A stretch of 64,000 bases of DNA. Source: Auanema rhodensis (taxonomy: Eukaryota > Animalia > Nematoda). The stretch spans positions 15,562,001-15,626,000 of the forward strand of contig OZ059895.1 in the NCBI GenBank assembly GCA_964057225.1, read 5' to 3'. Shown here piece by piece: positions 51,101-62,782 of the stretch (positions are counted from its first letter, which is position 1; the number at the start of each line of letters is the position of its first letter). A model generated the notes under the pieces. That model was not told where the DNA came from and did not search any database. It saw only the letters and a program-made list of their open reading frames with translations. The position numbers were made by a program, and so were the translations under genes.

Positions 51101-54100
51101 CCAGACGCAGTTCCCCATGGATTCATGGATGGAAAAGAAGCAGTCAGGTACAAGTGTCTGAAGAACATTCTGTAGAATCGATATGCTTCTAGACTTATGA
51201 TGCAAGCTCTAGAGCTTCAGCCCACATTGTTCCGTATTGGGCAATCCAAGATCTTCTTCCGCACTGGGGTTTTGGCTGAATTGGAAAGACTTCGCGATGA
51301 ACGTCTCACTGAATTAGTTATTCAGTTCCAGGTTTTTAAATTTCTCTTATCGATTTAACATAGTTGTTTAGGCTGTTTCACGTGGAGTTCTTGCTCGCAA
51401 ACAGTTCAACCGTAGAAAGGAACAAGCAGCTGCTATTCGTCTTATCCAACGTAATGGACTTGCTTGGATGAGATTACGTGAATGGCAGTGGTGGAGGCTT
51501 TACACTAAGGTTTGGGTTTTCATGTATTTGAGTCTTATTTGGCTGTTACAGGTTAAACCTTTGTTAGAAGTTACCAACAAGGACGAGCTTATCGCCGAAA
51601 AAGAAATTGCTCTTAAAACTACAAGCGAAAAGCTCCGTCGTAGTGAGTTATTCATAAGTGATATGTCTGATAGACTGAGCAAGGTTATTGGTATCTTCTT
51701 TTTCTGTTTCTTACTTTGTTTATAAACAGATGGAAGAGGAACGTGCACGAATTCAACAGAAATTGGATATGGAAACGATGGAAAGAGCTGAGGCTGATGA
51801 AGCTCGCGCTCAAGTTTCTGCTAAGAAGGCTGAATTAGAGGAAGCTATGATGGCATTAGAAAAACAATTGAAGAGCGAAGAACAAGGTCGCAGTTCTATC
51901 GAAGTTGAGAGAAAGCGTTTAATGGTATATCCTGAGTTGTTTGTGTTTTTTCTATTTTTGCTGACTTAGGAAACCGTTCATGATCTCGAGATGCAACTTG
52001 AAGAAGAAGAGAAGAAACGCCAGACCATTCAATTGGAGAAAAATTCTCTTCAGAATTCCTTGAAACAATATGAAGCTTCTAAGAACGAATTAGAAGAGTC
52101 CAGCGGAAAGGTATAGTATATGATCTATATGTTTTCTACGATTGGATCTATAGGTTACAAAGGAAAAACTTGGTCTAGAAATTAGATGCAAAGACTTATC
52201 GGATCGTCTGATTGATGAAGAAGAAAAGGTCAAATCCCTCACCAAGTTGAAGTCTAGATATGAAGCTCAACTAGCTGAACTGGCCGAGGAATGTGAAAGG
52301 TACTCTTTGTCATATTATCATATCATGTCATCCATACTGTTAACTTTTAAAGAGAGAAGAATGCTAAAACTGCTGTTGAAGCTGCTAAGCGCGCGTTAGA
52401 TATCGAACTTCGCGATGAACGAGAAACCTCTTCGGAACGTTTGCGTAAAGCTGAAGAGTTAACCCAACAGCTTCTCAAAAAAGAAAGCGAGTTGGCTGCT
52501 GCAGTACTCAAGTAAGTGATAACTATGTAATTTTTCCCATGTTAAATATCTTAGGAGTGATGAGGAAGCTGCTCAAATTCAACAATTGGAGCGTGATCTC
52601 CGTGATATTCGTGCTCAAATGGATGATCTCCAAGAAGATTTAAAACAAGAGCAAGCTGCCAGGTAGTTTTAGCTGATTATAAATTATGAATATTTTATAT
52701 CTTCAGAGCTAAAGCCGAAAAAGCTCGTAGAAATATGAGTGAAGAACTTGAAGCTTATAAGTTAGAACTCGAGGAATCTCTTGATAAAACTGTTCTCCAC
52801 CAGGAGATGAGAAATAAACGTGAAGAGGAATTCCTTCAACTTCAAAAACAATTGGAAGATACTGTTAAAGATTCCAATGATAGAATTGAGGCTTTTAAAT
52901 CGAAGTATCAGAAGCAAGTCGACGATTTAACCGAGAACATCGATATTCTCAAACGTCAAAAGACCACGGTTTTCAATTTTCAATCACCTCATAATAAATA
53001 CGTTTTGTTTAGGCTGAAAAAACACACTATCAATTGGAATCTGAAATTCAGAATCTTCAAGCTGAAATGGAAGTTCTTTTGAATGCTCGCCAAGAAGCTG
53101 ATCGCAGACGCAAAAATGCCGAATCGCAATTGAGTGATCAACAGTTGAGATACAAAACATTGCAAGAGCAATCTGATGACATTACTTCCAAGTTGGCTAA
53201 AGTATTGGTTATTCTTAAGCATATATACTGATTTCCATATTTCAGGCTAATATCGAAATTGAAAACTTGCATAAGCTCAAGGATAGTGATTCTGAGAATA
53301 ACTCTAATCTTCTTAAGAAAATTGCTGCTTTGGAGAATCAAGTAGCTGAATACGCTGAGGTAATTGATTGGGATTACTGGCTCAATATTCATCCAAATTA
53401 ATTAAGGCCGAACAAGAAAGCCAAAATACTCGAGCTAACCTTATGAGTAGAATAAGAGCAGCTGAAGATGGCTTTACTGAAGCCAAGGAACAGAATGATG
53501 ACTTGATGGAGAAAATCGAGCGCCAGGAAAGGGTTTGTGTTGAAACTAGTGGTGGTATGAAAATTGTTGTGATGTTCAGGAAGCCGCTACCCTAAGAGTT
53601 CAATTGGGTGAAGCCAAGAGAAAGTTGGAAGATGAAACCGGTGAAAAGATTGAAGAAGTGAAACGCAAGATGGGTAAAGATCTTGCTGATGCTTTAGCCC
53701 GTGTCAGTGAAGCCGATGGCGCTCGTGAAAAAGCTGAAAAGGCGAAGAGAAAAGCTTTGGAAGAGGTGTACATGCATATATTGAGTTTTTTTTTATTAAT
53801 AGTCTTTTAGGCTGAGGATCTTGCCCGTGAATTGTCTGAGGTCAGCAATCAACTTCGTGATGTGGATAGACGCCAGCGCAAATTTGATCAACAACTGGCT
53901 GAGGAAAAAGCAAATACGGCTAAAGTCCAGCAGGCGCTTGATCTTGCTCATGAACAGGTGTACTTATTTTGATAACAATGTTTGATATGCTGTACTTTCA
54001 GATGCGTGATAGCGAAACCAAGAAATTGAATGTCATGAAGGAAATGGAAGATCTTAAAGAACAGTTGACTGAAGTTGAAAAGGAGAGAAGAATGCTTAAA

Positions 54101-55978
54101 CTCGAAGTTGACAACCTTGCCTCTAACCAGGATGATACTGGAAAAAATGTTTACGAATTAGAAAAAGCGAAGACTAGATTAGAAGATGAATTATCCCGAG
54201 CTAGAGAATTGGTAAAATCTACTGTATACTATTCCTTTATCTAAAAAGTTTCAGATCATAGAGCTTGAAGACGCTACTCAGCTAGCTGAGGATGCCAAAT
54301 CAAGAATTGAAGTACAGTTCCAAGCTGCTAAGCAAGAGTGGGCTCGTACCTCTTCTGCTAGAGAAGAAGATGAGGAAGAGAGACGACGAACATTAGTCAA
54401 ACAGGTCAGTTTATGTTATCTTTACAATAGTAATTGTTGCAATTAGGTTCGAGATTTAACTGAAGAACTTGAAACTGAGCGCCGATACAAGGCTACAGCT
54501 TTAGCAAGCAAGAAGAAGAGTGATACTCAAATCCAATCTCTCCAAGAGGAGAATGAGAAGGCTATGAGACAATTAGACGAGATGACTAGGCAATGTAGAA
54601 GAGCCAACCAGGTATATATTAGTATATTAATGTTTATCGCCGATTTGCTTTCAGGGCGCTAAAGATGCCCAAATCGAGGGGTCTGAGGCTCGTGCAGCCA
54701 TGGATGAGGCTTTGTGCTCTGCCAGAGAAGCTGAAAAGAGGTATTATCAATAATCATGAAGAATAACTGACATTTTTTTATAGGGTACGTCTTCTTGAGG
54801 GCGAAATCACTAGACTTACTGATGAGTTGAACCTTGCTCAGCAAGGAAGAAAGAAGGCTGAAGCTGAAAAGGATGACTTGCTTGATGAAATCCGTACTGT
54901 TAAGAATGGACTATTGGGTCAAGACGAGAAACGCCGGTCAGAATTAGAACTTTTTTTCAGAACTTAACAGTAATTTCATTTTAGCTTTGAGCGACGAATT
55001 GCTGACTTGGAAGACCAGCTTGATGAAGAACAAACTAGTCACGAAGTTACAGCAGAAAAGATGAAGCAAACCCAAACTCAGGTTGAAAAATTGACCACTG
55101 AACTTACCCAAGAACGTGCTATGTGTGAACGCATTGAAAGTGAGAAGAAAAACTTAGAAAGATCTGTTCGTGATCTCAATCAACAGCTCGAGAGTGTTGA
55201 AGGTAATTTTAAAAAAATGTTAATTTGATTCATATGTAAGCATTTAGGTTCTGTTTCTGCTCGTATGAGGGCTCAAATTGTAAATGTCGAGGCTCGTAAT
55301 AGGCAATTAGCTGATCAGTTAGAAGAGACAGAGAAGGATAGAGCATCGCTTTCTCGTCAGGTACTACTTTCTTATGAATATCTATCGTCATCTTTCATTC
55401 TTCCAGATTCGCCGTGTCGATAGACAACTTGCTGAGATGAATGAAGTCAGAGAAGATGAACGAAGGCATGCTCAGCAAGACAAAGAAGCTGTAAGTTCGA
55501 ATTCTATATGACGTCATATTACCATTCAATTTCAGGCCGATTCTGCTTCAGCTCGTTTACGACAAGTTAAGAGAGAGTTAAATGATAGAGAAGATGAACT
55601 TGAAAAGGAAAAGATCAAGCTTAAAGAAGCTCGCCGTCAAATAGATGATCTCTCTGAACAAATCCAAACCTTAACAAGAGAAAATCAGACATTTAAGGTC
55701 GGCAACATGATTTACAGCTGCAATATGTAATTTTGTTTCAGACCCGTGTGACGACAGATCGTAGATCTGTAATGGCCTTGTCGAGAGATTCCAGGAGATA
55801 TGGAAGTTCTCATTCCATCAGAGGTTCTACTTACTTCAAAAACATGAATGAACATCAAGAGCTAGAGTTTCCAGATGACACCAGACCCTTAGGTGATGAT
55901 GTCAGGCCTAGCTCTCGGTTAACCACAGGTTCTCAGTGCGGTCCCAGTGAAGATGACAGGGAATCGAATAAAACTTAA
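48149..55978 (+). CDS. nmy-2: Non-muscle myosin II heavy chain
   Basis: Motor motifs [22 protein letters not shown] and [21 protein letters not shown]. The segments [13 protein letters not shown] and WKDVSDVCSM...[15 protein letters not shown] resemble NMY-2 rather than NMY-1. IQ region, long coiled coil and non-helical tail follow; about 41 introns. Confidence 0.93.
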
Positions 55979-56388
55979 TGTAATCATATGTCCATTTTGT
56001 ATACATGCCGTGCATCCATCTTTTAACAATTTTTTAACCAGGAGCCAAGCAGTATGGGTTGTATACTACTAAGCATTTTTTAAAAGCATTTTACCTGTTT
56101 GCATTATAAAGTTTTCGAATAAAAATCTTTCTAAAATCTTTTCATTTATTAATATTACATACAGAAAAAGCAGAAATATTCTTAGCACCGGCCAAGGAAG
56201 CACTGCTAAATATAGACAATTTGCGATGTTTTGAAAAATATCCATAAATTAGAAAAGCGGTACAGATTACATACCAAGAATGGAAAAATATTCAGCCATG
56301 TCAGGCAATGCAAAAATATCACAGATTTACCCATATCTTAAAATTAGACGGTCGAACACACTCTCAATTCCTAATTCTCATAGTTATA

Positions 56389-58527
56389 CTAGAGAGCTTC
56401 CAAATCTACGTGTCGAATATCAGGATGTTTTTTAGTTATTTCCTTTTCAATACGATCAATCTCATCACCCAAACGATCAATTATCTTTTCTCCATGATTT
56501 TCCATGAAATTTTCCAATTCATCAGTGTTTTTAATCGTTTGCACATCCTGAAATAATAAAGTAAAGTAAGAAACTCAGTAAGAAGCTCGTAGGAACCTGA
56601 AGCATTTTTGGTAAATGAACTGCTCCGCTAGCTAGATAAGCTCTGGTAATGGCTCGGCCATCAAAATCTAGCTCAGCCTTAAAGCGTGATTGTTCTACAC
56701 CTAACGCAGTTGCTTTTACATCGTGTACTGATCTGAACTTTGAAACTTAAAGCTCAAAATAAAAACTTGCACTACCTAATAACAGGATCATTATTCAGTC
56801 GGCAGACGATATCATCAGTTATACGCTTTGGTAAACTTCTGCCAACTAAATGAGCAGCATTTGAACGAATAATGAAAGAAGCAACAGTTCCTAAGAAAAT
56901 TATATTTTCAACTCTTAATTAAGATTCAAATAATACCAAGCAAACAGCCAATAACAATTGATCCACATGCATCAGGTATAGGAGAATTGAGAACAGAAGA
57001 TAAAGTAATTGCACCTAAAGCCACAATAACCTGAAACATATAACTAAAACTCATAAATAGAAAGATGACATACTCCTGAAACGGCAGCAGTATCTTCTAG
57101 TAAAACTACATTTAACGACGGATCACCTGCCGTTCGTACTGCAAAAATAGCATTTTACAAGAGTGAAAACAAAAAAAGACGAAACCATAATTAAACAGAC
57201 TAAGACCAGCCCGTTTAGATTTCTTGAAAGCTTCCTTATAGGCAGTAAGAGCTGATGTTCCTTGGAAACAGAGAGACATAACAAGAGCGTAATACGCCTG
57301 AACACACATGAACGTTAGACAATAAAGATTTCAGGATCTTACGTATGTCAGAGGTTCCAATTCTGCGGGATTAAGCAAAGCACTGACTCCGTGATAAATG
57401 GATAAGCCACAGCCAAAAGCCATAATACCACATCCCGAAATGAGTGAAGTTACATAACGCATATTTCCTGAAGATATAAACTTTAAGTTATTAAAATGAG
57501 TTGCAATCTCACCATATCCGTAAGGAAACAGATTATCAGGATTTTTAGCAGAATACCGAATTCCCAAAAGTAGAATCAATTGATTACAAGTATCCATAGT
57601 ACTATGGATTGCTTCAGCGAATAATGACTTTGAGCCAGTAACGTAAGCAGCAGCAAACTGAAATTTAAACGTATTTGAAAATGATGCTGCTCCCAAACAA
57701 ACCTTAAATATGGCATCGCACATGTTCAAAGTAAAAGCTATAGCAACTACACGATCAGCACCCTAAAAAGATTTTGAGAAAATCAGAGTTAACCGTTTGT
57801 GCAATGTTAAACTTAAGAACTATTATACTATTTTTTCTTTAATTAATTAATGCAAACCTTATTTCCATCTGAAGCTGTTTCAACTCTCATTCTCATTCGC
57901 ATTCTTTCAGCATCAGTTAATTGAGTTCTCATAGCTACAAGTGGACGACGGTGAGCAGACAGAGCTTCACTACTTCCATGAACCTAAAATTATGATTTTC
58001 ACAACTTTCTATATATCAGACACAAACCTTTAATGCCTTGTGATAAACATCAGTCAAGGAATAAAGTATGCTATGGCCTTTAGTGGCATTTGTTAAGGCT
58101 CTGGCAGGCTTGGGTTGACTAGGAAGATCTTCGAAATCTTGCTCTCTATACAATGAAAATATATAAAAAGCTTATTTAAAACTAAATTTACTTAAGTCCG
58201 AACTCGGCCATAGCACGAAGTTTGTCTATCTTATCATTGTCGTAAGAATGTGATTTCTTAGAGAGTTGGGCGACCTTTATAAAAGAAGCAACAGGTTAAT
58301 GTCATATTCAGAATCTTTTATCAAACCTTAAATAGTCGTCGCTTCTCACTTCTTGAAATATCTTCATCATTTCCAGTAGAGAGGAAACGCAGAGCACCCA
58401 AAGAAAGCGTAAAACCTCTAGTATTCAAGCCTATGATTGGAATAATAATTGATATTCAAGATTTATTAAAAATACATCTGCTTTGTTTTGCTAGTAAGCA
58501 AATAGGTAAAGAATAAACGGTAGTCAT
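56389..58527 (-). CDS. slc-30a9: Mitochondrial zinc transporter ZnT9/SLC30A9 (cation diffusion facilitator)
   Basis: DKLRAMAEFGL...GADRVVAIAFTLNMCDAIFK...GSKSLFAEAIHSTMDTCNQ...FPYGYGNMRYVTSLISGCGI...DPSLNVVLLEDTAAVSGV...HDVKAT...HPDIRHVDLEAL*. The start codon is uncertain. Confidence 0.92.
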
Positions 58528-59874
58528 ACTTGTTTATGCTAGCTAAATTACACTTCGGACCATACCTTCCTGTAATCAAACAAGCACATTGATAAAAAAT
58601 ATCTTCATTTAGATGTTATGACAGTGAAATAATAATTTAACGATGTTAATAAACGAAGAAAAAACTAAGAAAGTGAAGTGAAAAAATACTATAAGATTTA
58701 CACTAAGCAACCCGGATGAGTCAAATGCATGTTGTGTGCCCTATGGCATCACGTGCTTCTCATCATCAACAACAACGTCACATAAACATAAATACATATT
58801 TACATCAACAACAATGAAAACGCCTGAAAAATTTACAAAAAATCTAACTATATTAAAAAAAACACTTTGAAAAAAAGAAAGAAAAAACGACGTTTAAACC
58901 AAAATTCAGCAACTTCTTGCAACATTTTGAAAAATGCACTTAAAAAGCGCAAACAAACACAAAAGTTCATTCTTAATAGTATATTCAATTAAATCTCATA
59001 ATGTTTCTTTAATATGAAATAAATATTCAAGTTTATAAATTATTTAAAAAAGAATTAAAACAATACATATATATATATATATGAAACATATGAAATATGC
59101 ATTCAATCAAAACTAATTAAGATATTTCGCTATTATTGAATCAATTAAGTATGTATTGTAATTTATAATAACTAAATTACTTTAAAACATTACTAAGCTT
59201 TGGTAAATACCCAAATTCAGAAAATAAAATAAAGGGAAAACATACGACGGATGATCGCCTGATGTTTTAATACCTGGCTAAAACGAAACATCGCATCCTT
59301 AAAAAATTTCTTATCAAACTTTTCGATTTTTCTGTTTTTCACATAATTTTAACAAATCAATGTATTTTCAAACATAGAATCATTACTTAATATGAGTTAT
59401 AGCATGATTTTCATATTGTTTGAACGAATGTGTCTCTAAGCGACCTTTAAAGATTTTGAAGAAAATCATATACGTATGTGTTATCGATCCTCTTTTAGTA
59501 TTTCAATAGATAAAACAAACAAGGTGAACTTTTCTCTGTTTAGATAACAGAGTATTTAAAAAAAAATAAGATAGACATCAATTATTTATTATTTGAAATT
59601 GTTAAAGGTCAAATATGTTTGAAATACCCCGTAAGCGATTATAGTTTATTCTTAACTTATCAGAAGATATGAGCGGTTGTATTCTTCTCTGAGACCGGAG
59701 TCTTCTCTTAAACTTCAATCTTGTAGTCTTATATTGCTTTATTCTCTTGTATTGTTCACTTTAATGCTTCTTTTATCTTGATATCTTTGTATATCTACAA
59801 TGTATTTCTTAAATCTAATTCCTTTATTAACAAGAGAACTCTAGCTGGAAGTAGTGGAACGTAAATGAGGTATT

Positions 59875-60463
59875 TTAACATAATTTACAAGTCTTTGCAC
59901 AATTCTTTTTCATCAGCGAGCGATAGGCAGTAGCTGTACATAGGCTTTTCTTTGCTGAACAGTCTGCAGCTGTATCTATACAAGCTTTAACTGGTTCTCC
60001 AGCTCCAGCTCCGGCTCCGGCTCCGGCTCCAGCTCCAGCTCCAGCTCCAGCTCCAGCTCCTGCTCCTGCTCCAGCTCCTGCATCTGGGCCAGCTGCAAAA
60101 CCAGCCATGCGACCTCTTCCTGCTTCGTCTCCTCTTGCTCCTCCTCTTCCTACTTTACCATACTTCTCTTCGATTTCATCGTATTCCATTTCGCACCTCA
60201 AGAAGTATTAAATCAAGAATTATTTTTAGAAAATTAGAACTAACCATCCACAACTATTTCTGCAAGCTTTGAACATACTTGGTAGGTAATCTGGGTTATA
60301 GCACAATCCCCTCTTACAATCACATTCGGGATCTTTATCAATGCATCTAAACATATTTTCTTAAACATTTAAATGGTTTATAACTTTACCTATCATCATC
60401 TTCCAGGACACCAGCTAATGTATAGGAAACAGTAAGAGCAATAACCAAATAATTCAAAAACAT
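59875..60463 (-). CDS. Secreted protein with two ShKT domains joined by an acidic/Gly-Arg/(Ala-Gly)14 linker
   Basis: Signal peptide MFLNYLVIALTVSYTLAG. ShKT1 is CIDKDPECDCKRGLCYNPDYLPSMFKACRNSCGWC and ShKT2 is CIDTAADCSAKKSLCTATAYRSLMKKNCAKTCKLC*. Three exons; TATATAAAG about 40 nt upstream of the ATG. Confidence 0.9.
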
Positions 60464-61050
60464 TGCAGAAGCTTGATGAATGTAACATGCCCATATTCTT
60501 TATATATGTGCGTTCATCAAATGGTATGCTCCTCATAAGTGCACTGTATTTAACCAACTGCTTAAACATGTTTTATGAAAAATTAAAAAAAAAGTCTGCT
60601 TCGAACACAATTGAGTTGATGCTGAACTCAGATATATTGGAATTTGATTGTTTAATTGGATAGGTCATGCGATTGATATTGTTTGCGATGCTCATTTTCA
60701 AATATACAATGTTTCGAAGTTGACATAGGGCTTAAGAGATGCTACGGAAATGTCATTCTGGAACATCGTATTCACTTTTATGCTTTCGATTTGACATCTC
60801 TGTTGATTGTTCACGTTTGGAAGATTTTTCATGTGAATATTAATTGGTTTTATCTAAAACATCAGGGAGAATTCTCAACATTTTATTAAATTATGAAAAT
60901 AATACCGGTAAACCCGTAGACACTGAGTATTCAGAGCGATAATGAGAAATAAAAAATTTCATATGGCTAGAGTTGGAGAGGGAAGTTGGGGTGTGGAGGG
61001 AGATTGGAACAGGAATCGGAACGAAAACAATAAAATATATACCAGAAACT

Positions 61051-61702
61051 TCAAACAGGTAAGAGAGATGGAGATTCAATTTGATCTTTGTTGTCCAAAG
61101 TATCCTTTCTTTCAATATTTTTATAAAAATGATACATTCTCCATTTACGGACTATATAACGAATACATGCTTTTACAGTTATAAGTACAAATAATATAAT
61201 TAAAGCAACTGCTGTACCAATTCCTACCATAGGATCATACGATTTATAGAAATCTTCATCTGAGCTAGGTGGATTAACCTGAAAAAAACATAATATCAGT
61301 GAACATGAATTCATTAATCTTAACACTATCATGCTGTTTTTCGTTTTTTTTTAAAACATTTTATTTTCAGTAAACTTCATTAAAGTTGCGAATATATAAA
61401 AAAATATATCAAATAATTGCACGCTACGATTATGACGTGAATATTTGCATAAGTTGGATCCAGTACACGAGTACGCGCTAACGGACTTATTTTTGAATAT
61501 TACGTCAACGTGTCAGAGATTATTATTTTTGCTATAACTATACGGAACGGTTGCAACAGCTTTTACACATATGTCACATATGTATACTATGTGTATATGT
61601 TTCAGATGCTTATAGTTTTGTTATGAAAGATCTAAAAGAGCAGTAATTTACCTCCATAAAATCTCTTTTTTCATGACACAAGGGATAACACTGGCGAGCC
61701 AT
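61051..61702 (-). CDS. About 92-aa single-pass membrane protein without signal peptide
   Basis: TTTCAG acceptor upstream. Exon 1 MARQCYPLCHEKRDFME (gtaaat donor); exon 2 after ttttcag: VNPPSSDEDFYKSYDPMVGIGTAVALIILFVLITVKACIRYIVRKWRMYHFYK...LLPV*. Confidence 0.75.
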
Positions 61703-62718
61703 ATTTCGTTTCTTTTCTTTCTATCCTGAAACAATCAATATGCTATGGTAATTGAATTTTAACATTTCAAACATCTTATTTACTTCAGTTGGAATCACAG
61801 TAATAGAAGCTCTGATCAACTATTTGCAGTTATTTGTATTCTTTTGGTGATCTTAGATTAATTTATGGTTTCAAAAAATGTGTATATATATCTGGTTATT
61901 GATTTATGTGAGGAATAGATCAAAGCGTTCGAGGCATTCATGACTGTCTGATAAGAGTAGAGGCCAAGTCTGTTCATTATATACAGCTTTCATGCTCTTG
62001 AACTTTATTTCTATTAAGCTCGTGTGCTAGGTATCTCGAACTTTACAACCTATTCTCTCTCATTAATTTTATTATTTTCAACAATTTTCTTATTTCTTTA
62101 TTGCATATTCCCATACGTGATTATATACTTCCTTTTCATTATTCTCATTTTTCCAAAAAAAAAGTTTAAAAAATAAAAATATATATTGGTTTTGGTAGTT
62201 TTGAATTACTATTATCATAAGCAAAGAGCTTAAAACAGTAGTCATAGGATTATATTTAAAGCTGATTCTGTTGAAAATTCTATGATAAAGTGCTTCTAGA
62301 GGTATGGAGAGGCTTCAAAAATTGCCGTCCTGTTATCAAATACGGATGTGCTATCATCGATAGAGCATACAATAGACGATTGCTTGCCATCTTAGTCAGA
62401 GGTTTAGCGAACAAATCAATAAAAGAATATAATTTGGTTGCATAACAGAGAGATCATCAGAAAAGTAATATTATATATTATCATTGGAAAATAATATGTT
62501 CATATTCTCTTGTTTTCTCTCCTTTCATATTATTATTGTTTTTCTCTTTTTCTCTGCTCCTCTTTCTTCCTCCCTTCATCACATTTACTCTTATTCTCTC
62601 TCTCTATCTCTATCTCTCTTTCTCTATTTTTCTTTTTCTTCTTTCGTTCTTTCTTTCATTCTTTCCTTCTTTGATTTCATCACAAATTATGAATTACTTA
62701 CCTAATTTGGTTTTAGTG

Positions 62719-62782
62719 ATGGGCCAGACCAATTCACAGTTACCAGAACATGAGCTGGACCAACTCAGCATCGAAAGCGGAC
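62719..62782 (+). CDS. pbo-1: First exon of calcineurin B homologous protein (CHP/PBO-1); gene continues beyond the window
   Basis: TTTTAG acceptor, then MGQTNSQLPEHELDQLSIESG (N-myristoylation MGxxxS, CHP-type N-terminus) and a GTAAGT donor. pbo-1 is also near slc-30a9 in C. elegans as recalled. Confidence 0.65.

Noticed and set aside
48099-54844. Minus-strand ORFs inside nmy-2
   Set aside because: Antisense shadows of the myosin coding exons.
59202-59220. SL1-like GGTAAATACCCAAATTCAG
   Set aside because: Several mismatches, no GT donor after it and no Sm site.
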